From: Desulfovibrio sp.
GTDB taxonomy: Bacteria; Desulfobacterota; Desulfovibrionia; Desulfovibrionales; Desulfovibrionaceae
DNA length: 64,000 nt
Direction: 5' to 3'
NCBI RefSeq assembly: GCF_009712225.1
Contig: NZ_WASP01000019.1
Location: 44,770-108,769 of the forward strand
Shown: positions 1 to 9,126 of the stretch, in pieces
Layout of the letters: each line of letters opens with the position of its first letter
How positions within the stretch are numbered: position 1 is the stretch's first letter
Position numbers and translations under genes: made by a program
The notes under the pieces: generated by a model
Databases searched by the model: none
What the model saw: only the letters and a program-made list of their open reading frames with translations
Told to the model about the DNA's origin: nothing

Positions 1-15
1 GCGGCTTTGCCGCGC
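1..15. repeat. Window-truncated partial copy of the GCGGCTTTGCCGCGC hairpin module of the repeat family at 8985-9263
   Basis: Bases 1-15 (gcggctttgccgcgc) are identical to 9055-9069 and differ at one base from 9243-9257. The following bases (agtgcgcc) resemble the copy-1 continuation (ccggaagtgagcgg) only loosely. Confidence 0.35.
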
Positions 16-321
16 AGTGCGCCTGTGATTTGCGAATTGCCGGTCTGATGCCCAGGGCGCAGATGGCTGCCCTGACACGCAGTACGAGGTCAGGCATGTG
101 GCTGCGTATCACGGTGCATGTCTGTCATGCATCGCCCATAAGCGTGAGAGAAGTGGAGTGGGCTTGCCAGCGGGAATAAACAGGAACAACAGGTGGACGG
201 CGAGCCTGCCCTGTGAGGCTGGGGCGGGCCTTGCAAAACCTGCCCGCCGGTCCCCGGTTGCACGGCAACAGCATGTGGCAGATCACAGGCTGCCTGTTGC
301 CGCAAATATTCTACACCCAGG

Positions 322-726
322 CTAGTGATTGCAACATTTCTTGGGCAGGCGCTTCCAGTACCACTGGCTCACAACGGTGTCGTCGCAGGCTGTCCATTCG
401 CCGGAGGTTTCAAAATACTCCAGCACTTCCTGTTCCGTGGCGCTGAGCTCTAGCTGCGGTTTGGCCATCTGACGCATGCGGATGAAGATAACCAGGCATT
501 CAAAAATGCAGAACAGCTCATCCACACCAATGTTATCCTGCTGCGAGCAGAGAGCAAATTCCCTGTAAAATGGATTTTTTTCATCCACGATCGAGTCGTA
601 AACCGCGCGGGATTCCAGAATTGCCAACAGGCTGGAACGAAAGATGTTTTCGAGAGGCCAGTTGTGTTCTTTTGCTGCTTTGGCGCATACGTGCTGAATC
701 CGGTCTAGGTGGTCAGAGAGAGGCAT
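322..726 (-). CDS. Hypothetical small cytoplasmic protein, no family recognised
   Basis: ORF 322..744, whose track start is TTG. The ATG at 726 is preceded by AGGAG about 7 nt upstream. Visibly lower GC than neighbours, with an AT-rich upstream region at 745-800. Confidence 0.5.
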   Translation of the reverse strand: MPLSDHLDRIQHVCAKAAKEHNWPLENIFRSSLLAILESRAVYDSIVDEKNPFYREFALCSQQDNIGVDELFCIFECLVIFIRMRQMAKPQLELSATEQEVLEYFETSGEWTACDDTVVSQWYWKRLPKKCCNH

Positions 727-802
727 GGCTTGCTCCTGAGGCAAATTGTTCTACCAGTGAATAGCTTAATATTTATAGATATTCAAATCAATAGATAACT
801 AA

Positions 803-831
803 AGAAAAAGCCCGCGCGCAAAGCACGGGCC
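803..831 (-). terminator. Rho-independent terminator after the 950..1519 gene
   Basis: On the minus strand, hairpin gcccgtgctttgcgcgcgggc is followed by tttttcttt. Confidence 0.6.
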
Positions 832-949
832 TTAAAGAACTGAATATAGTCGAAAGCCAGATGGAAATGCTGATAAGGGCTTAATCGGAAAGCTTCAGGC
901 CGTAACTGGTATGATGCTGGAGCTCAGGTAAAGCGGCAGTAGAGCGCTG

Positions 950-1519
950 CTAGCGCTGGTTGCGCCGGGGTTGGAGATACTGGGGCTGAAAGAGCAGACG
1001 GTACTGCTTTACAGTAGAAAGACGCTGCGGCGCGGTAACCTCGCCCTCAATGGAAAGCGCCTTGTCGGAAAGCCCAAAGGGCTGCAGCTGACCGGGCGGT
1101 ACATCCATACGCGAGAGCCCCTCGCCGCTTACATTAAAGACCGGCAGGCTGCTGGAAGAAGAGCCAGCCATAAGCACCGCCGTGGCATTGGCAGAGGGCG
1201 AAGCCGCCTTGCTGGCTGATGAGCGTTGCGAGGTGGCGTTGAGCAGGCTGGGCATGGAAACCTCTGCTCGACGCAGCACGTCGATAAAGTCGTTGCCAGT
1301 GCGCCCCACAAAAGTCACCAGAGAAGAACCATCGCCGTAAACCAGCAGACTAACTGGCATGGTTCCACCATGTATGCCGAAATAGGCCTGGCGCGCGCCA
1401 GCGGGCATGACTACCCAGCCCTGCTGCTGGTCAGCCTGGCTCTGGGTTTCTGTGCCCGATGCGGTCACCGGGGTCAACATGGCAAGCAGCAAACAGAACA
1501 AATATAGTGTGTTCCGCAT
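950..1519 (-). CDS. Secreted hypothetical protein
   Basis: ATG at 1519 with AGGAA RBS. N-terminal signal peptide MRNTLYLFCLLLAMLTPVTASG. Ser/Ala-rich middle. No family recognised. Confidence 0.65.
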   Translation of the reverse strand: MRNTLYLFCLLLAMLTPVTASGTETQSQADQQQGWVVMPAGARQAYFGIHGGTMPVSLLVYGDGSSLVTFVGRTGNDFIDVLRRAEVSMPSLLNATSQRSSASKAASPSANATAVLMAGSSSSSLPVFNVSGEGLSRMDVPPGQLQPFGLSDKALSIEGEVTAPQRLSTVKQYRLLFQPQYLQPRRNQR

Positions 1520-1648
1520 AGTTTCCTGTTCCGGATGGAAAAATTCGTCGTTTACGGTATTACTCTACCGCCATGACAAACCCTTTAGTGAGCAGGGGAA
1601 CAATTGTCAAGGCTGCTGCAAAGCCGCCTGCAGTATGTCTTTGCAGAC

Positions 1649-2773
1649 CTACCCGGGGCGACGCTTCTTGGGTTTTGACGTGGTCTGCGGCGCGGGTTCG
1701 GGCGTAACCTTGGGTTGCTGGGGCGTAAGGTCCGGCGGCGGCGGAATCTGGGGCAGATTTTGCGCATTGCCAAGATAGTGCAGAAAAAAATCGCCGAGGG
1801 CTTCGGTCATGCGCTTGTGGATGGCCGTGCGGGTTTCTGCAGAAACAGAGCGGCACAGCTCGGGCAGTTCCAGCGCCAGAGCTTCAGGGCAGGGCGCCAT
1901 GAGCGAGCCTGTGTCTGCCTGGGGCAGGGAGAGCCAGCGGGGCTTTTTGTCCATAAGCTCGTAGATGCGCCGCGCGTGCAGGGCCGGGGGATTGAGCACA
2001 TCGTTGGGTGCGGCCATGAGCAGCAGGGGCGGGTAAAACCAGTGGAACGACTGGCGAGAAAACAGCATGCCAAAGCCCGGAGCCACAGCGGCGATGGCGC
2101 GTATGCGCGGATCGGCAAGGCTGCGCGTGAGCGGCAGGCGCTTGCACAGGGCCTCCATGCGTTCGCGGGCCCAGGTGTTGCAATACATGTCGGTGGGCGC
2201 GGTGCGCGAGCAGTAGCTTGCCCAACCCTCGCAATCGGGCAGCGCGCCGCCCAGAAGCAGGGCAGAAGCGCCGCCAACGCCAAAGCCAACCACGCCGATG
2301 CGCGTGGCGTCAACACTTGGCTCTACTTCCGGATCGTGTAGGAGCAGATCAATGCTGCCAGAAAGTTCGTGCGTACGGTTTTCAAGCTGCTGCCAGGTCA
2401 GCAGGTTGTCCATGTTGTCCATATTGTCGCCGGGGTGGTTGGGCGCGGCCACCACAAAACCCAGCGATGCCAGCCAGGCAGCGGTATCGTGGTACGAAAA
2501 GCGCGTTCCGGCGGTATCGTGCGAGAGCAGCAAAAGGGGAAAACGCCCGTCCACAGCCTTGCCCGCACGCGATGCAGAAATTTCCCACGGGGCGTAATTG
2601 AGATCACGCGGGGGGCGTGATGAAGGATACCAGACGTTTACGTCCAGTCGCAGGCCGGTATCAGGCGACCACTGCCCAAGGGTACGAAAGCCCACCATGT
2701 AGGTGTCGGCGGCAAATGCCTGGGGAGTAACCAGCAGCAGGGCAAGAAGGGCAATGGTGGTGAATACGCGCAT
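1649..2773 (-). CDS. Secreted alpha/beta-hydrolase-fold protein (dienelactone hydrolase / PAF-acetylhydrolase-like) with an atypical nucleophile elbow
   Basis: Start re-set to the ATG at 2773, giving signal peptide MRVFTTIALLALLLVTPQAFA. Fold-typical strands (PLLLLSHDTAG, IGVVGFGVGGASALLLGG). Pro-rich C-terminal tail. Confidence 0.8.
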   Translation of the reverse strand: MRVFTTIALLALLLVTPQAFAADTYMVGFRTLGQWSPDTGLRLDVNVWYPSSRPPRDLNYAPWEISASRAGKAVDGRFPLLLLSHDTAGTRFSYHDTAAWLASLGFVVAAPNHPGDNMDNMDNLLTWQQLENRTHELSGSIDLLLHDPEVEPSVDATRIGVVGFGVGGASALLLGGALPDCEGWASYCSRTAPTDMYCNTWARERMEALCKRLPLTRSLADPRIRAIAAVAPGFGMLFSRQSFHWFYPPLLLMAAPNDVLNPPALHARRIYELMDKKPRWLSLPQADTGSLMAPCPEALALELPELCRSVSAETRTAIHKRMTEALGDFFLHYLGNAQNLPQIPPPPDLTPQQPKVTPEPAPQTTSKPKKRRPG

Positions 2774-2855
2774 GGCTGTGTTGTGCCACAAGCTGCCTTG
2801 GGGTACAAGAGCACACCGAAGGCGCGTCAGAGCGCCCAACTGGGAGAAAGCCTTT

Positions 2856-3497
2856 ATGGAACTGCTGAGCAATTTTGTTAGTTTTATTCTGCACATAGAC
2901 GTGCATTTGTTCGAGCTTGCCAACCAGTATGGTCTGTGGCTGTATGCCATACTGTTTGTTATTGTTTTTTGCGAAACCGGCCTTGTGGTTACGCCCTTTT
3001 TGCCAGGCGATTCCCTGCTGTTTGCATCCGGCGTGGTGGCAGGGGCTGGCCTGCTGGGCTATGGCGAGGTTATGGCCGTGCTGCTCGCGGCTGGCATACT
3101 GGGCGACGCGGTGAACTACTGTATCGGGCGGCATGTGGGGCCAGCCATATTCTCGCGCGAGAACAGGTTCATTAAAAAGTCCCACCTGATCAAGGCCCAC
3201 GATTTTTATGAACGCCACGGCGGCAAGGCCATTGTGCTGGCCCGCTTTGTGCCCATCGTGCGCACCTTTGCCCCCTTTGTGGCGGGCATTGCCCTCATGC
3301 ACCCGCCCACGTTCTTTCTGTTCAACATCACGGGCTGCATTTTGTGGGTGGGTGGGCTCGTTTCTGCCGGGTTCTTTTTGGGCAACCTTGAGTGGGCGCG
3401 GCAGAATTTCAGCCTGATCGTCTACGGCATCATAATCGTTTCGGTGCTTCCCGTGGTCATAGAAATTGTGCGGGGCCGCATGGGCAACAAGGGCTAG
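2856..3497 (+). CDS. DedA family inner membrane protein
   Basis: ATG at 2856. Motif FCETGLVVTPFLPGDSLLF and C-terminal RFVPIVRTFAPFVAG are typical of DedA/SNARE-associated proteins. Confidence 0.9.
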   Translation: MELLSNFVSFILHIDVHLFELANQYGLWLYAILFVIVFCETGLVVTPFLPGDSLLFASGVVAGAGLLGYGEVMAVLLAAGILGDAVNYCIGRHVGPAIFSRENRFIKKSHLIKAHDFYERHGGKAIVLARFVPIVRTFAPFVAGIALMHPPTFFLFNITGCILWVGGLVSAGFFLGNLEWARQNFSLIVYGIIIVSVLPVVIEIVRGRMGNKG

Positions 3498-3500
3498 ACC

Positions 3501-4979
3501 CTACTGCACCACGCGCAGTCTGCCGCCTTCCATATGCGCCTCCCTGTTTATGCACAGGGGGGCGTCTTCGTTATGGTGCGAAACAAAGACCATGTGAATG
3601 CCCTGCGCGGCCAGCTGGTCGAGCAGGTGCAGGTACTGGGCGCGGCTGGCCGCATCCAGGCCGGAGCACGGTTCGTCCAGCAGCAGAATGTCTGGTCCGC
3701 CCACCAGCGCACGCGCCAGAAACAGACGGCGCAGCTGACCTGTGGAAAGGTGACGGATGGACTGCTGGCCCAGCAGTTCGAGCCTTTCGGCAGATTCCTC
3801 GGGAAACATGAGCGCCATGCGGCCCTTGGCCTCCGCGCGTTCGGCTTCAGAAAAACGGCGGTACACGCCAATGCTGTTGTCAAAGCCGGTGCAGACCATA
3901 TCGAGCGCATTGAGCGAATAGCCATAAAGCGCCTGGGAAAGGTCAGAAACCAGCCGCACTCCCTTGCGCACGGCCTCAAGAGTGGTCACATGCCCGCCCT
4001 GGTTGGGCAGCCAGTGGTCAAGGCTACCGCCTGCAGCCACAAATTCGTCGCCCGCCAGCAGCCGCAGAAAAGTGGACTTGCCTGATCCGTTGGCCCCGGT
4101 GATGCGCCAGTTTTCACCCTGATGCATGCACCAGTTGATATTGTGCAGCACTTCCTGCCTTTCGATGAACACCGTTACATTGTCCAGATCAAGCATGATG
4201 TGCCCGCTGCCCTGCACGGGCTCCCCGGCGGCAGGCGCGCTGTTGCCCTGAGGCTTGTTTGCTTCGTCCGCCGCGTCGCCAGCAGGCGGTGCGGTAAGCA
4301 GCCGCCCGTTGCGCACATAGCGGCGGCCCGTGCACCAGTCGGGAATATTGGCCGCGCGGTGCGCAGTCATGATCACAGTGCAGCGGCTGGCATATTCGCC
4401 CAGGGTTTCAAAGAAAATCTGGCGGTAGCGTTCGTCGAGGCCTTCGTCGCATTCGTCCAGCAGAAGCAGGGTGGGTGCGCGCAGCAGGGCACGGCCAAGC
4501 AGCAGCAGACGCAGCTGCCCCTGCGAAAATGTGGGTACGGTGCGGTCAAGCAGGCCCTCTGCGTCAAGGCGGGCGGCCATGGCATCCACTGCCTGTTTAC
4601 GGAAGGCCGTGCTGTCGGTGTACACCAGAGGTGTATCTTCAAAGCCGGTAAGCAGCAGGTCGCGCCCTGTGAGATCCCAGGCCTGGCGCTGATAGTTTTC
4701 CTGTTGCGCAGGCGAAACAAGGGCGGTCATGGCCCTGCCAGCCAGAGGCGAATCTTCCGCGCCGTCAGGCCCATGCCACTGGATGCGCCCCTTGGCGGGC
4801 CACAGCTCGCCGCGCATGAGACGCAGCAGGGTAGACTTGCCGGAACCGTTGGGGCCGAGCAACGCACAGTGCGCGCCGCGTCGCACCTGCCAGTTTATGT
4901 TGTGCAGCACGTGCTGCTGGCTTGAATCGCCGGGCAGAAAAAGGCTTACGTCGTCAATGGATACGATAATTTCGGACAT
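3501..4979 (-). CDS. modF: ModF-like double ATP-binding-cassette protein (two fused ABC ATPase domains, no permease adjacent)
   Basis: Two Walker A sites (GPNGSGKST, GANGSGKST) and two signature/Walker B pairs (LSQGQLRL..LLLDE, LSTGQLRR..LLLDEP). C-terminal FVSHHNEDAP matches the E. coli ModF end. Confidence 0.8.
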   Translation of the reverse strand: MSEIIVSIDDVSLFLPGDSSQQHVLHNINWQVRRGAHCALLGPNGSGKSTLLRLMRGELWPAKGRIQWHGPDGAEDSPLAGRAMTALVSPAQQENYQRQAWDLTGRDLLLTGFEDTPLVYTDSTAFRKQAVDAMAARLDAEGLLDRTVPTFSQGQLRLLLLGRALLRAPTLLLLDECDEGLDERYRQIFFETLGEYASRCTVIMTAHRAANIPDWCTGRRYVRNGRLLTAPPAGDAADEANKPQGNSAPAAGEPVQGSGHIMLDLDNVTVFIERQEVLHNINWCMHQGENWRITGANGSGKSTFLRLLAGDEFVAAGGSLDHWLPNQGGHVTTLEAVRKGVRLVSDLSQALYGYSLNALDMVCTGFDNSIGVYRRFSEAERAEAKGRMALMFPEESAERLELLGQQSIRHLSTGQLRRLFLARALVGGPDILLLDEPCSGLDAASRAQYLHLLDQLAAQGIHMVFVSHHNEDAPLCINREAHMEGGRLRVVQ

Positions 4980-5012
4980 AAAAAATCCGTGTTTTCTAAG
5001 GCGGTTGTTGCT

Positions 5013-5840
5013 TTACAGTGGCAGAACGATGCGCTGCCCCCGGTCAAAAATGGTGTATTCGGCAAAACCGAAGGCACGGGCGTACGAGGCCAGCCGGGCA
5101 AAGCCGTAGCCCACATCTTCCGTGCTGTGGGCGTCTGAGGCAAAGCTGACTGGCAGGCCCATTTGCGCGGCCATCAGCATGATGGGCGGTGCGGGGTATA
5201 TCTCGCGGCACAGCTTGCGAATGCCGGCCGAGGATATCTCCATGCTCATGCCCATGTTTTTGATGGCGGCAAGGCCGCGTGCCACCAGAGCCTGGCTTTG
5301 CGGTTTTGCCAGCCAGATGTGAAACTGCTCTACCGAAAAAATCTTGATAAGGTCGGGGTGGGCGGCGATGTTGAACAGGCCGGAAAGGATCATGCGCTCC
5401 CAGGTTTCAAAGTATGCCTGATACTGCTTTTCGCATTCTTCCTGCGAGAACGCCTTCCACGGTTCCGCGCCGTCGTCAAAACCCCAGTTGCCGATGAAGT
5501 GGACGCTGCCCAGCAGATAGTCAAAATCAAAGGCGGCGCACGAGGCGCGGGTAAAGTCCTCCTGCCCTTCAAGCCAGTCCATTTCCATGCCAAAAAGCAC
5601 GCGGCACGGTCCATTGGCATTGGCAGTACGCAGGGCGCAGACCTCGCGCTCGTAGTCGGGCAGGTGCCGGGTGAGTTGCTCGCGGTATTCGTGGGTGTAA
5701 TCAAATCCCACGGGGCGGGGCGAGTGCTCGGTAAAGCCCATGAAGGCAAGGCCCCGTGCCTGGCCCGCCGCGAACATTTCGTCCGGGGTGTTGCCGCCGT
5801 GCGAATACTTGGTGTGCGTGTGCAAGTCTGCAAGAATCAT
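5013..5840 (-). CDS. PHP-family histidinol-phosphatase (HisJ/HisK type)
   Basis: N-terminal DLHTHTKYSHG metal-binding motif and later FTEHSP and SDAHS motifs. Sits 33 nt upstream of modF on the same strand. Confidence 0.85.
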   Translation of the reverse strand: MILADLHTHTKYSHGGNTPDEMFAAGQARGLAFMGFTEHSPRPVGFDYTHEYREQLTRHLPDYEREVCALRTANANGPCRVLFGMEMDWLEGQEDFTRASCAAFDFDYLLGSVHFIGNWGFDDGAEPWKAFSQEECEKQYQAYFETWERMILSGLFNIAAHPDLIKIFSVEQFHIWLAKPQSQALVARGLAAIKNMGMSMEISSAGIRKLCREIYPAPPIMLMAAQMGLPVSFASDAHSTEDVGYGFARLASYARAFGFAEYTIFDRGQRIVLPL

Positions 5841-5939
5841 GTTGTTTCCTGAATATGCTGAATATGCCGTTGCCCTTTTGCGAGTATGACCGTGAACCGG
5901 GCGTCTGGCAAGCCGCTGGGGCGGTGGGCGCGTGGTATG

Positions 5940-5971
5940 AAAAAAGGGAGCCCCCGTCTGGGAGCTCCCTT
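5940..5971 (-). terminator. Rho-independent terminator after nfnB
   Basis: 8-bp outer stem aagggagc/gctccctt plus inner ccc/ggg pairs, followed on the minus strand by tttttt. Confidence 0.6.
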
Positions 5972-5990
5972 GATATGCTGTTGGCTGCTA

Positions 5991-7409
5991 TCAGCCCACT
6001 ATTCTTCGGACTATTTCCTGCCCGGCCTTGCGGCCTGCGCCCATGGCCAGAATGACCGTGGCCGCGCCGGTGACGATGTCACCGCCCGCAAAGACGTTGG
6101 GAATGGAAGTTTCGCCCGTGTTTTCATCGGCTTCGATGTAGCCCCACTTATTAAGTTTGAGCTCGGGCGTGGCCTCAAGAAGGATGGGGTTGGAGCGCGT
6201 GCCAAGAGCCACGATGGCAAGGTCGGTGGGCAGATCGTATTCCGATCCTTCCACCGGCACGGGCCTGCGGCGGCCAGAGGCATCGGGTTCTCCCAGTTCC
6301 ATGCGCTGCAGAGTTACGGACTGCAGGCGCATTTCCGCATCGCCGTTGAAACGCAGCGGCGCGGAGAGCATGGCAAACTGCACGCCTTCCTCCTCTGCAT
6401 GTTCCAGTTCTTCAAGGCGGGCAGGCATTTCAGCGCGGGTACGGCGGTACACGACATGCACGCTTTCAGCGCCCATGCGCAGGGCGGTGCGGGCCGCGTC
6501 CATGGCCACATTGCCCGCGCCAAATACGGTTACGTGCTTGCCGGGATAGGCCGGGGTATCCTGCGTGGGGAAGTTGTAGGCGCGGCCAAGGTTGACGCGG
6601 GTGAGGTACTCGTTGGCCGAGAAAACGCCCACGAGGTTCTCGCCGGGAACGCCCAGAAAGACGGGCAGGCCAGCGCCCACGCCGATGAACACGGCGTCGT
6701 ATTCCTTGCGCAGGTCGGCAATATCAATGGTGCGGCCACCAACGGAGTTGAGGTGGAAGTCCACACCGGCCTGCCGCAGGCCGTTGATTTCGGTGGCAAC
6801 CACGTTCTTGGGCAGACGGAAGGCGGGAATGCCGTAAATAAGCACGCCGCCGGGTTCGTGCAGGGCTTCAAACACGTCCACCTTGATGCCCGCAGTAGCG
6901 CACACGCCAGCACAGGTCAGGGCCGAGGGGCCGGAGCCGATGCAGGCCACCTTTTTGGCCCCAAGGGGCAGGGCACAGGCATTGGTGCCGGTTACCTGTT
7001 CACAGGCAGTGGTGGCAATGTAGGTGTCGGCCACAAAACGTTCAAGGCGGCCAATGGCCACGGGCTGGCCCTTGGCCTTGAGCACGCACTTGCCTTCGCA
7101 CTGGTGTTCCTGCGGGCACACGCGACCGCAGACGGCGGGCAGGCTGTTGGTGGTCTTGATGATACGGTAGGCCGCATCCATGTTGCCTTCGGCAACCTGA
7201 TGGATAAAGTCGCGGATGGGCACTTCGACCGGGCAGCCGGTGACGCACAGGGGCTTTTTGCACTGAAGGCAGCGGCTAGCCTCAGCCTTGGCCATTTCCT
7301 TGGTGTAGCCGAGCGCAACTTCTTCAAAGTTGGCGCGGCGTACCTTGGCAGGCTGACAGGGCATGTCCACGCGGGGAGCCACGGTCTTTTTGGGCTTGCT
7401 ATTCTCCAT
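5991..7409 (-). CDS. nfnB: NADPH-dependent glutamate-synthase-small-subunit-like oxidoreductase (NfnB / SudA type)
   Basis: Start re-set to the ATG at 7409 (MENSKPKK). Two Cys clusters (CLQCKKPLCVTGCP; CGRVCPQEHQCEGKC). Dinucleotide-binding GSGPSALTCAG and VFGAGNVAMD. Overlaps the upstream nfnA stop by 11 nt. Confidence 0.85.
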   Translation of the reverse strand: MENSKPKKTVAPRVDMPCQPAKVRRANFEEVALGYTKEMAKAEASRCLQCKKPLCVTGCPVEVPIRDFIHQVAEGNMDAAYRIIKTTNSLPAVCGRVCPQEHQCEGKCVLKAKGQPVAIGRLERFVADTYIATTACEQVTGTNACALPLGAKKVACIGSGPSALTCAGVCATAGIKVDVFEALHEPGGVLIYGIPAFRLPKNVVATEINGLRQAGVDFHLNSVGGRTIDIADLRKEYDAVFIGVGAGLPVFLGVPGENLVGVFSANEYLTRVNLGRAYNFPTQDTPAYPGKHVTVFGAGNVAMDAARTALRMGAESVHVVYRRTRAEMPARLEELEHAEEEGVQFAMLSAPLRFNGDAEMRLQSVTLQRMELGEPDASGRRRPVPVEGSEYDLPTDLAIVALGTRSNPILLEATPELKLNKWGYIEADENTGETSIPNVFAGGDIVTGAATVILAMGAGRKAGQEIVRRIVG

Positions 7410-8241
7410 GGCTGACTCTCCGGTATTCTTCAATGGAAACAGTCTCCTGCTCGCGGTATGCGGCCAGGCGGCGGCGCAGCTCGGGAAAGTCCACTTCGTG
7501 GCCGTCAAATTCGGGGCCGTCAACGCAGGCAAACTTGGTTTTGCCGCCCACGGTAACGCGGCAGGCGCCGCACATACCAATACCGTCAACCATGATGGGG
7601 TTGAGGCTGACCGTGGTTTTAACGCCAAAAGGACGGGTGGTTTCGGCCACGGCGGCCATCATGGGCACGGGGCCGACGGCAACTACTTCAAACACGTCCT
7701 TGTCTGTTTCAAGCCTGTTGCGCAGAAGTTCGGTAACAAGACCCTTGTGCCCGTAGCTGCCATCGTCGGTAGAGATGAGCAGTTCGTCCACAAAGGATTT
7801 AAGTTCGTTTTCAAAGAGCAGCAGATCCTTGCTGCGAGCGCCAATGACGCCCACAACCTTGTTGCCGATTCGGGCGTGGCCCTTGGCAATGTGGTGCATG
7901 GCGGCAATGCCCGTGCCGCCGCCAACGCACACGACCGTGCCGCGTTTTTCGATATGGGTGGGGTGCCCTAGGGGGCCGCAGACGTCGAGAATGGAGTCTC
8001 CGGCGCCAAGGGCTTCAAGCATGGCGGTACTCTTGCCCATAACCAGGTAAACTATAGTGATGGTGCCGTTGTCCCGGTCAGTATCAGCAATGGTGAGTGG
8101 AATGCGTTCGCCCTGTTCGCTCATGCGCAGCATGACGAAATGGCCGGGGCGCGCTTTTTGCGCGATTTGCGGCGCATGGAGCACCAGTTTGCTGGTTTTG
8201 CCCGGGATCAGGCTTTCCTTGTGCAATATAGGTGTTGGCAT
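7399..8241 (-). CDS. nfnA: PyrK-like FAD/[2Fe-2S] subunit (NfnA / SudB type)
   Basis: 280 aa with GGGTGIAAM nucleotide-binding motif and C-terminal CGACRV..CVDGPEF 2Fe-2S motif. Directly paired with the GltD-like subunit. Confidence 0.85.
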   Translation of the reverse strand: MPTPILHKESLIPGKTSKLVLHAPQIAQKARPGHFVMLRMSEQGERIPLTIADTDRDNGTITIVYLVMGKSTAMLEALGAGDSILDVCGPLGHPTHIEKRGTVVCVGGGTGIAAMHHIAKGHARIGNKVVGVIGARSKDLLLFENELKSFVDELLISTDDGSYGHKGLVTELLRNRLETDKDVFEVVAVGPVPMMAAVAETTRPFGVKTTVSLNPIMVDGIGMCGACRVTVGGKTKFACVDGPEFDGHEVDFPELRRRLAAYREQETVSIEEYRRVSHGE

Positions 8242-8535
8242 AGGTTCTCCTCGTCAGGCATGTGAGTTGCTGCATGGTAGCTGTGTGCGACCTTACTTGC
8301 AAGCAACAGTTTTTTTGTGGTTCTTTTACATGGCTGATATGATTTATTGTTTGCGCAGATTTGGCACAAACCGGCTTGTATGGCCCAATTTTTGGGGTAT
8401 TGCCCTAAAGCCCGGGCCTATTGTACCGATAAGCTCAATGACAGGTGGGGAAGGGGAGTCGGTACAACTAATAAGGAGGCGGACAGGGCCAACCCCTTTG
8501 CAAGGAAGCAGTGATCCATTCATGGAGGAATGGTC

Positions 8536-8820
8536 ATGTCGCAACACCTCGGTGACGTTTTCCAGACGGGATCATCGCCGCCCGAAGTGGCAGAAGACCC
8601 GACCCGAAGTCGGAATCTGCTGCTCATTGAGCGGTATCTTGTTGTACTGGAAGAAAACAAGAAGGCCTGCCGCGCAGATGTAACTGATGCGGATATGGCC
8701 TTGGACATGGCGGGTTTTGTGAAGCGCCAGCTGCGCAGACCAGCCGAAATGCCCAGAATGTCTCCGGCCTTGCTGGCCCTGGCTCTTGTGAGGCGCATTA
8801 TTGATGCGCCGGAACAGTAA
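8536..8820 (+). CDS. Orphan small hypothetical protein (about 94 aa)
   Basis: GGAGGA at 8524-8529 lies 6 nt before the ATG at 8536 (alternative ATG at 8530). Codon third positions are moderately GC-rich. No family recognised. Confidence 0.35.
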   Translation: MSQHLGDVFQTGSSPPEVAEDPTRSRNLLLIERYLVVLEENKKACRADVTDADMALDMAGFVKRQLRRPAEMPRMSPALLALALVRRIIDAPEQ

Positions 8821-8984
8821 ACCGGACGGTCTCCAAAGTGGAGATCCGGACCGGATGCAGAAAGACCATGCGTTCCCAGTGCAGGGCTAGGCCCGCACTG
8901 CAGAACACAAACCACTAGCATCACTTTTCCGTGACATGATAGGGGGCATGGCAGTCCGCAATCCATAACGAATTCTCCACCTAA

Positions 8985-9075
8985 GAGAGGCGGGGGCGTG
9001 GGGCCTCCGCCTCTCGTGCTGCCAAGGGGCAGCACCGAAAACAGCGAGCCGGTTGCGGCTTTGCCGCGCCGGAAG
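8985..9075. repeat. Structured intergenic repeat, copy 1 (modules A+B contiguous)
   Basis: Module A is gcgggggcgtggggcctccgcctctcgt (8990-9017). Module B spans 9007-9075 with hairpins gtgctgcc-aagg-ggcagcac and ccgg-ttgcggc-ttt-gccgc-g-ccgg. An extra hairpin gagaggcgg/ccgcctctc spans 8985-9015. Confidence 0.8.
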
Positions 9076-9126
9076 TGAGCGGTTTTCGTGCCCTTCCGCG
9101 CCCATGCGCGGGCATGCGGTTTTGTA

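Noticed and set aside
8363-8378. TGGCAC-containing sequence (ttggcacaaaccggcttgt) as a sigma54 promoter for the orphan small ORF
   Set aside because: The GC of the -12 element is one nucleotide too close to the GG of the -24 element, and sigma54 spacing is strict.
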